DNA of 64,000 bases from Tubulanus polymorphus (lineage: Eukaryota > Animalia > Nemertea). The DNA lies in assembly GCF_964204645.1 (NCBI RefSeq), contig NC_134025.1, positions 20,249,101 through 20,313,100 on the forward strand. Reading direction: 5' to 3'. The notes below the pieces were generated by a model, which was given only the letters and a program-made list of their open reading frames with translations, did no database searches and was not told the origin of the DNA. The translations under genes and the position numbers were made by a program. Positions 25,081 through 35,100 of this stretch are shown here, piece after piece (position 1 is the stretch's first letter; each line of letters opens with the position of its first letter).

Positions 25081-25686
25081 ATGGTAGGTGAAAAGAAAAT
25101 AAAATCTAAAAATGGTGATGTTCCAATTGAAAAAACTTTAGATGATTTAGGAATAACAGAAACAAAATTAACTCCAGATGATGGTGCTTTAAATAATGTT
25201 ACAACAAATAATAATTATGAATATTATCTTTATTGTAAACATCAATTAGAAATATTAATAGCATCTGGAAAATGTAAAAATTTTGTCGGTAAAAATTTAA
25301 CTTATGATGAATTAGATACAATGAAATCAGATGAAATTATTAGATTATTTAAGATTTATGAAGCCGCGAGAACAGCTAGAATTAATGACGCGATATCAGA
25401 AAATGTAGTAAAAGGTTATAGTAAATTATGTAATTATATACTACCAATTGAAGATGAAAATAGATTATATTCCGATTTAAAAAATGATTATTTAGTTATG
25501 ACTGAATTAAATAAATGGATTGGATATTTATCATTTCAATTAGAGGGATTTATGACATTATTATCAACTGGGGTTATAACATTTTCAAATATTGAAAGTA
25601 AAAATATTTCTATAATAAATGAACAAGGCGGAAGAAGTGAAGGAATTAACTGTGAAGAAAAAACCGAGAACTCAGAAACAAATTGA
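25081..25686 (+). CDS. Polinton hypothetical protein
   Basis: 201-aa intact ORF, TATAAATG start, viral codon bias. Confidence 0.7.
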   Translation: MVGEKKIKSKNGDVPIEKTLDDLGITETKLTPDDGALNNVTTNNNYEYYLYCKHQLEILIASGKCKNFVGKNLTYDELDTMKSDEIIRLFKIYEAARTARINDAISENVVKGYSKLCNYILPIEDENRLYSDLKNDYLVMTELNKWIGYLSFQLEGFMTLLSTGVITFSNIESKNISIINEQGGRSEGINCEEKTENSETN

Positions 25687-25963
25687 ATGGTCTCGGCAAT
25701 TAGGAATTAAATCACAAGAATATAAAAAAGCTGTAAAAGAAAAAATAAGTAATAAAAATGTTAATAAAAATGTTGAAAATATTGTTATTTCTACTCCTTC
25801 TGATAATAGAATATTTGATAAATATTTATATTTTACGGTTGGATTTGTAATTGTATTCATTTTGATCGGGCGTAATTGGTATAAGAAATCAAATAAAATT
25901 CATGATATTAATAATTCTGAAACAACTGCTATTAAAAATGAAAATACTTCTGAAATTCCATAA
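25619..25963 (+). CDS. Polinton small basic protein with one TM segment
   Basis: 114 aa: KKKPRTQKQIEWSRQLG ... YLYFTVGFVIVFILIG. Confidence 0.65.
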   Translation: MNKAEEVKELTVKKKPRTQKQIEWSRQLGIKSQEYKKAVKEKISNKNVNKNVENIVISTPSDNRIFDKYLYFTVGFVIVFILIGRNWYKKSNKIHDINNSETTAIKNENTSEIP

Positions 25964-26175
25964 TTTATAATAAAAAAAATGGATTAATATTTTAGAAAAA
26001 AAGCAAAAAAAATAATTTTTTTTAATTAATTGAATATTAATTGAATATCACCATGTGGGTGCCATACGGCACCATCTCACTACTTTTGTCTATCTATGCG
26101 GAGCAATTAAATTGTCCAGATAATTTATTTCGGATTCTTAATATTCATTATTTTTATTAATTTATTTTTTTAAAT

Positions 26176-26502
26176 TTAATCAACAACTTCTAAATCATGA
26201 TGGCCATCTTCATTTTTTCCATGATAGATTATCTTAAATCCTTCTAAATCTTTTAATTCCTCTGTACTCAATGAAACCCATTTATCAGGTAAAAATACTT
26301 TAAATTCTCGCGATGTACTAACATTACAGTAGCTTAAATTAGCTGATACTTTCTCTCCATATTTAGTTTTCATCTTTTCTAATTTCAATATTTTATGTTC
26401 AATTTCTTTTGTAACATCAACTGACTTTTTTATTTCAAATTGTTTTTTTGCTGGTTTTATTCTGTTATTTATTGTTGCTAAGAATGCTTTTCTATCTCCC
26501 AT
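26176..26502 (-). CDS. Polinton terminal gene, possible OB-fold/ssDNA-binding protein
   Basis: 108 aa with the start codon inside the TIR-homologous block; beta-strand pattern KILKLEKMKTKYGEKV...FKVFLP...KIIYHG. The fold is an inference. Confidence 0.55.
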   Translation of the reverse strand: MGDRKAFLATINNRIKPAKKQFEIKKSVDVTKEIEHKILKLEKMKTKYGEKVSANLSYCNVSTSREFKVFLPDKWVSLSTEELKDLEGFKIIYHGKNEDGHHDLEVVD

Positions 26503-26830
26503 TTATTAGGAAAAAGAATTACTTGTGGTGATGAGCGGGGATTACTTCCCCTTGTATATAACAAACACGCTATTAACCGTTCTCACACAAGCCTCACAGC
26601 ATCTATTTATCTGGGTACAGTTGACACGCAATCATTGTACTACAGTAATAGCACACGCGTTAATAACCGTTCTCAGTAGAGACTCACTGTATCGATCTAT
26701 CCACGCGCAGCTGTTGTTACGCGCACTCACTGTATATGTGTGTCACAGAGCAATCGTCCGTTCTCACTAGAGCCTAGCTGTGATGAGTGGTGTCTCGCCC
26801 TCTCGCCGAAAGCCCACTTTCCCAATTACT
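26495..26830 (-). repeat. Right terminal inverted repeat of the Polinton (long form)
   Basis: Two blocks homologous to the left TIR, separated by ~245 bp of degenerate repeats (CCGTTCTCA x3). Confidence 0.85.
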
Positions 26831-26836
26831 GATATA

Positions 26837-27182
26837 CACTAACTTTAGGCAATATAAAAATGATATTAGGTTAGAGAAGTATAAAATAGAACTTGGTGAT
26901 GACTTAGGAACTAGTTTATTTGAATTTAGGGTCGGGTCCTATATTTTACCTGTGAACAAATTTTCAAACCTTCATTTAGACAGAGCCGATAGAATATGCC
27001 CCACTTGTAATACTTTAGGTGACGAATCCCATTTTCTGTTTGACTGTACCTTACTTAACGAACAACGCAAAAACTTTTTGAATTTGAATACCTTTAATAC
27101 CCTTGATATTCTGAAAAACCCAACGGTCAACTTAGCTAAATTCATTAAGACCGGCTTAGATGTATATAGATCCCTCCAATAG
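26837..27182 (+). pseudogene. LINE ORF2 part 3 (C-terminus)
   Basis: YKNDIRLEKY...RICPTCNTLGDESHFLFDC; in frame with the sequence left of the Polinton. Confidence 0.9.
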
Positions 27183-27714
27183 TATATATAGTATTGTAAA
27201 TAGTTGATGTATGTATATATTTCGTTACGTTTTCATTCTCTAAATTTTAATCACTTCAGTGTTGTTTTGTAAATATTTGTATATACATGTGTAATAGTTT
27301 TCCTCCATATACCATGGAAATGGTTGGAGTGTAAATAAATCGTAATCGTAATCGTAATCGTAATCGTAATCGGGCCGATACGTCTAGTGCTTATTTAAAT
27401 CATTTTAGAACATATAAATGAATGGTGGATAGATAGTAGATCCAACTTATTTACTCACTTGTTTATAGCAGACTCATGACGATAAATAGCGATTTGGAAA
27501 ATTTGGTATTAAAATTTATAAGTGTTCGCGCACTGCTAATTGAATAAATAATTTATATCCGATTATATTTCCACAAGCCAGGAGTAAGTTCGATTTTTAA
27601 TTCCAAACGCGAAAAAACACCATTCTAGGATACGATTACCATAAACGGTAGGAAAAATCCAAGTTCACAATACGATGTCGATGTTGATTCTATTGTCTAC
27701 ACGCACAGTCAGAT

Positions 27715-28671
27715 TTATACACTAGATTCAAACAAACGCGAAGTTAGCTCGACGTTCAGTCCGGACGATTTGTCCTCTCCGTATAAACGGCCTTTGTAGA
27801 ACCAAACTTTATTGAATTTATCCGATGATTTCATGCGATTCTTCAGTTTGATTAGTTCTGGTGATATGTCATCACACATGTAATAATCTAGCTTTTTTTC
27901 GGCGAGTTTGGATTTCTTAGCCATGACTTTAATCTTGGTTTCCCGGCATTTGAATCGCGCAATCATTGATCTGGGGTCTTCCTGGACTTGAGCTGCTTCG
28001 CCCGATTGCTTTGGTTTCGCCTGTCGGTTCACCCGGTGTGCGACATCAATGTCGTTTATCGTAATTTCAGGCATTTCTAGATCTTTTTTTATCACTGCTA
28101 AGATTTCTTCTTCACAATTCTCACCAGTCTTTTCGGGGTATCTTTGCAACCGGATATTCTCACGACGTGAATACTGTTCTAGATCGATGGTTTTACGTTT
28201 TACATTATTCATTTCCTGCTCGAGGATAGTTATTTTGCCATTCAAATCGCTGTTTTGTTTTTTCAGGGAGGAATTACTAGTTTCGAGGATTTCCATTTTA
28301 CTGTTGAGGTCACAGTTTATCGATTCTAAATCCGATATTCTTTCTTCAAATCGGTATAAGCGTTGGTCGAGTAACTTGTTTTGTTGGTCGAGAGATTTTG
28401 TTACGGTGGTCAACAGTTTATCGTGGAAATCGGACGCCTGTTTTTCCATATCCAGTTTAAAAGACTGCATAGCAGAATTTATAGTTTCAAAAATAACTTG
28501 GTGAAAATCACTATCGCAGTCATCTGACCGGGATCTTTTTGCTCGTTTTCGCGAAACGCACGGAGACTTTTTTCCAAATTTGACGATCAATGGTTTCCGA
28601 CTTCTTGATCTCGTACCAAGAGTCGGCGACTTATCCTGCGTCAGATCTGCGCCAGAAGTTTCGGATGGCAT
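27715..28671 (-). CDS. LINE ORF1-type protein (coiled coil + RRM + CTD) with no adjoining ORF2
   Basis: 318 aa: heptad coil, LEQYSRRENIRL, IDVAHRV, PRSMIARF, DDISP, VWFYKG. Confidence 0.85.
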   Translation of the reverse strand: MPSETSGADLTQDKSPTLGTRSRSRKPLIVKFGKKSPCVSRKRAKRSRSDDCDSDFHQVIFETINSAMQSFKLDMEKQASDFHDKLLTTVTKSLDQQNKLLDQRLYRFEERISDLESINCDLNSKMEILETSNSSLKKQNSDLNGKITILEQEMNNVKRKTIDLEQYSRRENIRLQRYPEKTGENCEEEILAVIKKDLEMPEITINDIDVAHRVNRQAKPKQSGEAAQVQEDPRSMIARFKCRETKIKVMAKKSKLAEKKLDYYMCDDISPELIKLKNRMKSSDKFNKVWFYKGRLYGEDKSSGLNVELTSRLFESSV

Positions 28672-29369
28672 CTCATCTTGGGTATATGCACTATCATCGC
28701 TTACTCAATCACTATCATCAAACTTAATATTTTCGGCCGATTATTTACGCCGGCGATCAGATCGCCCGCAACTTCGCTCGTCTGCCCGCACTCGGCGAAT
28801 TTCGTCGAGCGATCCATTTTCATCAACCAATAGGTCCCAAAAATTCCCAAAACCAGTACCATGACAAATATTGTAAATTATGATGACTAATGCTGGAGAA
28901 ATGACCTGCTTCCCCCAATAATCTCATTAAAATTATCACGAACACCTCATCCTGGCCACGGCTCAGCAGGTCAGCCACCCCCTTTGAAAAATCCTAGATC
29001 CGCCGGGCCCCTGTATATCTGTGGGAGGAACCAGATTACTGATCATTATTTCGACGATAAATATAGTTTCCTTTTAATAACTTTGCATCTTATTTCAAAC
29101 TACTGTTGAAATCGAAGCCGTTTCCTCATTCTATTTGTCTTAATGAAAAGTTAAGAACACTTTTTGAAAATCTAATTGACATCTAAAAATTGTTGGGAAG
29201 TTTCACTGATCATCGTCCTCCGATTTATCACATGCGAAAACCGTAGTTTTTTAGTTAAAATAATTGACTGGGAAGGCGCTATTGTACGTTAGGGTCGAGA
29301 CGGGAACGGGTCGAGAGGGGAACGTGGATGGTCTGGCCTCCCAAGACCTTCAATAATAACCTTAATAAC

Positions 29370-29426
29370 CTTCAATTATATTACATGAGGTGCATAACTT
29401 ATGCACCTCATGTAATATAATTGAAG
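29370..29426. repeat. Perfect 28-bp inverted repeat with a 1-nt spacer
   Basis: CTTCAATTATATTACATGAGGTGCATAA-C-TTATGCACCTCATGTAATATAATTGAAG. Confidence 0.95.
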
Positions 29427-29703
29427 ACGAATTCCATTTTATTATGCAGTGTACCAAATGTGATAGCTACAGAGGTGAACTAATTAAATGATTTGATACC
29501 CATTTTTCCGATCAAAAATTTACAACCCCTGAAAACAAATTCATCACCATTATGTCTTCACCCCTGATGGTTGGCAAATGTATTTGGCTTAGCAAATCAA
29601 ACCCGCTGTAAATAAAGAAACAATACTTTACTATGCCAGATATGTATATAACTTCCTATCATGTACAAAATGTAAATACTGTTAAGAATTCTCATATTTT
29701 ATG

Positions 29704-29806
29704 CTCTTTTTTCATATTGTGCAAAACCAATAATGTAAAGCATTACGGAATAATACTCTTTTTCATATTGTGCAAAACCAATAATGTAAAGCATTACGGA
29801 ATAATA
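29704..29806. repeat. About 51-bp tandem duplication
   Basis: CTCTTTTTTCATATTGTGCAAAACCAATAATGTAAAGCATTACGGAATAATA x2. Confidence 0.9.
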
Positions 29807-29822
29807 AAGATATATAGGATCG

Positions 29823-30697
29823 CAGGGGCGTAGCCACCGGTGCGACAACTGCGACACATTGCGCACCAATAATTGAAAAACCCATTTGTGTTTACGGTAT
29901 AACATCTGGACCATGCACCTGATCTCACAGTATCAAAGTTGCCGAATTTAGACTTTTTCATATTACTTTAGAGCGACTCAAACCGGTATTCTTCTGGTTA
30001 TATTTAACTGATTCTGTAGGTGTTTTTGTTCATGAAAAATGGATCATGAAAATAAGGGATTTGACCAAAAAAATTCTGCTCAAGTGCCGAGACATGGAAA
30101 CCGAGAAAATCGAGAGAGTACCGGTATTGATGTACGATAAGCTAACATAAGTTTACTATCCATCAATAAATGGTCAAGGGCAGATCCAGCCTACCACTTG
30201 TATCGAGGGGTACTCAGGTTTGCCCTTCCATTTTTCTAGTTCGTGATTTTGACAGGCTCTTGTACTAACATGAACGTTTTATTCCGGGCAAGTATTCTGG
30301 AAGTAGTATAGAAAATAATTAATTTCAAGGGGGATAGACTTTATGCCCCAAATATGCTTAAAGATTGCATCTCAGAGCCTTGAAAAATCAAAATCTTCTG
30401 GAGGAGTGCCCCCAGGTCCTCCGTTTTGGCTATGATATAGTTGCCCTTCCAGTTCAGCAGGACTCAGAAACCGCTCTGGGATAGTGAAACATCTGGATCC
30501 GTCCCTTGACCAAAGATAACCTAATTATTCAAATATGAGCTCTCAGCCATCAGAACGCATCTCAGACGTTTTAATGTTCAAAATTTTCATGGGGGAGGGC
30601 CCCCAGACCCCCCTTCTAGACATCGCGCCTTCGGCGCTCGTTTGGATGTGCGCCCGGATTGTCGCACCTCATTGCATTTTGGGTGGCTACGCCCCTG
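29823..30697. mobile_element. hAT-like MITE (with a probable second MITE nested at ~30172-30511)
   Basis: TIR CAGGGGCGTAGCCACC / GGTGGCTACGCCCCTG; GATCG repeated on both sides. Inner IR GGTCAAGGGGCAGATCCAG / CTGGATCCGTCCCTTGACC. Confidence 0.75.
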
Positions 30698-31470
30698 GAT
30701 CGCATCTGACTATATTAGTGTTATTAATCGGCATCTATCGAAAAGATTAATTTCTATTGATAAGAATATGGTTGTTCATTCTGATTCATCCAGATTAAGG
30801 CTGAAAACCGTATCTTAAGATTACGAAAATATGGGATTCGAACCTTTCGGAAAACATTTTCTCGGTATCATTGGTCAACATCGCGCATATTCGAACGAAC
30901 AGATTTTTATCCGCGAAATACGAGATTTTTACAAATTTCATTAAATTAATTAACCGATTTCGTGTGTATTCACACGGTAAGTCAATGCTGACACATATGA
31001 ATGGTGACATTTCCATCCCATTACTAGAGGCCTAATATTATTTCGATGATTGAATTCAATTCGTGCCCGGTTGAGAACATTTTCGCGATCTCAGATTTTG
31101 ATTTTCGTCTTGATTTTGAAACTCAAATTCAATTCAATACTTTTTGTTTATCTACAATGACAGTTTGGCCATAGACGTTGTTTGAAGAACAAAAGAGATT
31201 AGTTGAAATAGACATTAGTCAAAACCAGGCGCGTTGGAAGCAATTTTTGATTGCTGCTGCCAAATACTGATTTTAGACAGGTTCTAAATATCGCCGCGGC
31301 AAATATAGGCATATTTAATTTTCTTCAAAAGGGTGGTATTCAAAGCAAAAAAAAACGTCATTCAGAAAATTATTGCTGCAGCTTTCTCCGCTGCAGTCGT
31401 TATGGTTCCAACGCCACTGAAAACGGTGAAATAAATAGTTGATTATCTCACACGATTAGGAAACTTTTTA

Positions 31471-31950
31471 GGAAGTGGATATTTTGCCAATGCGGCATTA
31501 TTTTAGTAAACGCTCTTTTGCCAATGGATATATATAATAGATAATAATATAAGATATAGTAATAAAATATAACAATACAATCATTATATTGGCTTTTGGG
31601 GTTAGGGTTTTGATAGGGTTAGGGTCTAGAGGGATAAGGGTGAGGTTTAGGGTCCATTTTACCTGGATAGGGTTGGGATAAGGTGAGGCTATATGAAGTG
31701 AAAACTTACAGCTGGATTGCAGTGAGCCCGGTGGTCTAAGAAAGACGTTAGACTAGTAATTTATTGGCCTGGGTTCGAATCCCGCTGTATGCTCCTATTT
31801 TTTCTCTAAGTCTGTTCCCCACACTTTCCTTGATTTTTCCAAGTTGCTCACCTCAGTGCGCATGCGCGGCTTCTATTAGCCAATCAGAACGAGCCATTGG
31901 CAAAATAGCGTTAACAAGAATAATGCCGCATTGGCAAAATATCACCTGCC
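31471..31950. mobile_element. Mutator-like MITE carrying telomere-like repeats and a tRNA-like segment
   Basis: About 58-bp imperfect TIRs (GATATTTTGCCAATGCGGCATTATT...); 9-bp TSD AACTTTTTA at 31462-31470 and 31951-31959; degenerate TTAGGG at 31597-31690; A/B boxes at 31730-31783. Confidence 0.8.
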
Positions 31951-32123
31951 AACTTTTTAGGAAGAGTCGTTTCTCTTTCATTTGCTTGGACTTAGTTGAT
32001 CCAACTCATTGATATTTTCTCTCTGTCTTCTCAGTACTTAAACACGTTTCTCTTATATTAATGAATCTTTTGCAGTGAGCAAGACGGACAGGGGAGAGAA
32101 ACGAAATTACTTCCGGAGTTAAA

Positions 32124-35100
32124 ATGGCATCAACTACCGACGAAGCTCTGGTGGCTAATTACATGTTTCGCGGTATAGAGTACATCGTTACAGCACACGT
32201 TGACAAACCCGATTCATTAACAATCGAAGTTGAAGATCGCTTGACAACTGATCATTGGACCGGTCTATTCGATGCTCGATGTATGTTGTAAAGTTTGTTT
32301 AAAATCGTTGTTGTTAGGTTGATAATCTGGTTTAGGTTGGTCTGTCCCTTGGATAACACTACGCATGCAGCCGACTGGGAAGCAGGGAACTTTAACTTTG
32401 AAATCAAAAACCTTGAGAAGATGAAAGCCAGTGAATGTACAACATTTTTGGTTTAAAACTCAAGCATATAGCCTAATTGAAAATTTCAGTTGCCGTGTGA
32501 TTTACTGGTCGTATTTATGGCTTAGAAATCTCAAAGTTAATTGACCAGTAACAAAAATCAGGCTTGGCATCTGGAGTTTAAATTGTAGGAGATGCTCACA
32601 TTAAGCATTCATTTAAACTGTCCATAATGATTCGTGTTTCTTCCAGATGTTGAAGATCTGACTCACAAAACAGGGAATTTTAAACAATTCAATATATTCG
32701 TTGACATGCTCGAAACTGCGCTAACAAAGGTAGGCCTATAGTAATATTAAAAGTGGCAATAGTACCAGGTATTTAAACTTTAACACTAGCTAGCATTTCA
32801 CAGTAATATTCTTTGATATGATCAAATATTCCTGAAGAATCATTCAATTTAAGTATGTATACTTAATCCTACAGAGACATTTATTCCTGAGCCTTACAAC
32901 CCTCACTCGGCAAGGCAAGGATTCAAACCTGATGGCATCGAGACTGCCACACTAGCCCGAGTGCACAGTTATGCGCGTAGCTTAGAAGATTCATTACTAG
33001 TCAGTCAGAAGTCAGGCTTTATTTTTGCCCTGGATTTCCCATTTATAGTTTAGTTATGAGGTTTGCTTCAACAGTAATACAACAGCCAATCTGATTAGTG
33101 CGGCATGATAAAGTGTGTGCACTCGGGCTAGTCAAATGGCATGAGTCTTGCGATGCCATCAAGTTTGAATCCCTGCTGAAAGCAGATGAGATTTTCAATG
33201 AATTTGTGTTGTGATATCATATCTGAATATTCTACGGACATGTTGTAAAATGCATCGCCATAATAATTAGTAATAATAATTCATTCAGCCTAAAACCCAT
33301 ATAAAATCTGCTCATCAGTTTTGCATTACAATGTATATATAAAAAGAGAACACAGAAAACTAAAACTGAGTTAATTAAAAGGCTTGGATCAACAAATGGG
33401 TATTGAGGTGAGATTCAAAAACATCGATTGAAGGACTAGATCTAAAAGGACTATTTATGCAGTGCCATGAGTATGTTGGTATCTTCATATATCTGTTATA
33501 CATCACACTGCACTGTACCACTGTATTTTCTGGCTATTGGGATTTTTACCCTAAAGTATTGGGTTAAGCTATTGGATAGAAAAATTCCTAGGGTTGACTG
33601 TATTTCAAAATCAGTAGAGATCAATGGAAACCTAACCGTCTTATTTACTCATCTACTCAATTCCATATGACAGTTTATTTATTTCTTACTTCAACATGAC
33701 AGTTTTTCTTCATTTTAGAGTAGTGATTCGGTATCCTTAGATTTACTGACGTATGCTGATTTAGATTCGTTGAGGGCGCGTAAATCAAACCAAGTCAACA
33801 GGTCATTTTCATCGTCTAATAAGGTACCGACGAATGTTGGCTCAAAGCGATATTTGATCCTCACTTACACAGTAGAGTTTGATAGGTAAGTTAGTAAGGT
33901 TTATTCAGTCAGATTGATTTCGGATAATGTAGGTCATCTAAGATGGCTGCCACAACCATGTATTTATTTTTACGAAATGAATTAAAGGAGCTGTTATAGC
34001 ATATTTTCTGAATGGAGCGAATTTGACAATGAAAATGTATTGCAAATTATTCCCCATCAGAAGATGTACACTTAAGCATTTTATCATTTGGTCTCCGGGG
34101 GACATAAAATAAGTGTGATTTTCATGCATAGTGCCATTTTCAGGATACCGCATAAATGTTTCTCAAAGAGAACGAACATACAGTCATAGTGGCCAACCTG
34201 AAAATGTAATGTTTTCTGGGTATCGTCTAAACTGAGCAGATTTCACAATGAAGTTGATGAAATGGGAACCACATACCAAAAATAGCCTCATTCCTCTTCA
34301 ACTTGGCACTATGCCTCATGCAGGGAGGGCTCTCCATAACTACTTATTTCCAGTGTTCTAACTCAAATTGTTAACAGAGAACTGTGGAAAAGGGTCCAGA
34401 AAAATTGGCCTCAAAATTTCTAATTGAATATTAATTCTGAATTGATTATCATAAACGATAGCTGATAAGATAATGCTGATTTTGGATTGGTTCAATGAAA
34501 ATGAAAAATGAATAGTTCTGAATGATGGGAACTTTGAATTTTGCTTGTATTGTCTTAGACTGGAAGGTTTTTTCTATCTTCAACAGAATTCATTATCCTC
34601 TACCATTGATCTATCAAGGAAAGCCAGACCCGAGGGCACTTAAAGAAACTATTCGGCATTTACGTTCAGAGTTGAAATGTTGCAAACGTGAGGTAAGGTT
34701 TATAATGCACCCAGCTGCTGAAGTGAGGCCCTTCCATCAAAATACATAAATAAATTCAAATATAAGTTAGCTGATCATTATCATGTACGCATACCAAGAG
34801 TTTAATTATTGATATTGAATTTTAGGGTGGATCTGATTTCAAGTTGAACGAATTAGAGAATCTAGGCCGAGAGTAAGTTTGATTTCATAAAAAGCTTGTA
34901 ATCAATGTTGAAGATATATTTTTCTTGAAGGTTGCATACTTGAACATATCTTTGCTTGTAATTTCGGACATGTAGCTACATGTTTTTGAACCTGTTCCCC
35001 TGGTTAGGTATGGTTGTAATACTTGAGAAAAAGTAATCGATACTTGATAACTTAACAGTGGCTGAGATATTACTTTTCGGCCAAATAGTATTGTCAAAAT

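Larger units (their letters stand above)
7844..26830 (+). mobile_element. Full-length endogenous Polinton/Maverick (adintovirus-like) element, about 19.0 kb including a 2.4-kb nested HINE
   Basis: TIRs AGTAATTGGGAAAGTGGGCTTTC...GGCGAGAGGGCGAGACACCACTCATCAC at both ends. 6-bp TSD GATATA at 7838-7843 and 26831-26836. Encodes pPolB, penton, MCP, RVE integrase and A32-like ATPase. Intronless and visibly more AT-rich than the flanks. Confidence 0.96.
1000..27372 (+). mobile_element. Decayed non-LTR retrotransposon (LINE, CR1/L2-group-like), split into three pieces by the insertions at 2355-5465 and 7844-26830
   Basis: ORF1 remnant, APE, RT and C-terminal CxxC..H..C lie in the correct order. Removing the inserts restores the frame at both sites: LFGYV|EDFEIMPFDPLLSDGHNPI and SAINTNPIY|TNFRQYKNDIRLEKY. 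The 3' end has AATAAA (27334) plus an (AATCGT)n tail. The 5' boundary is approximate. Confidence 0.9.

Noticed and set aside
7844-26830. Bacterial, phage or free-virus contamination
   Set aside because: Perfect TSD within a host LINE, and a host HINE family nested inside the element.
31597-31690. True or interstitial telomere
   Set aside because: Short, degenerate and enclosed by MITE TIRs.
31710-31795. Functional tRNA genes (also 39142-39230 and ~23165-23195)
   Set aside because: A/B boxes are present but there are no convincing acceptor and anticodon stems, and all lie inside repeats. Treated as SINE-like relics.
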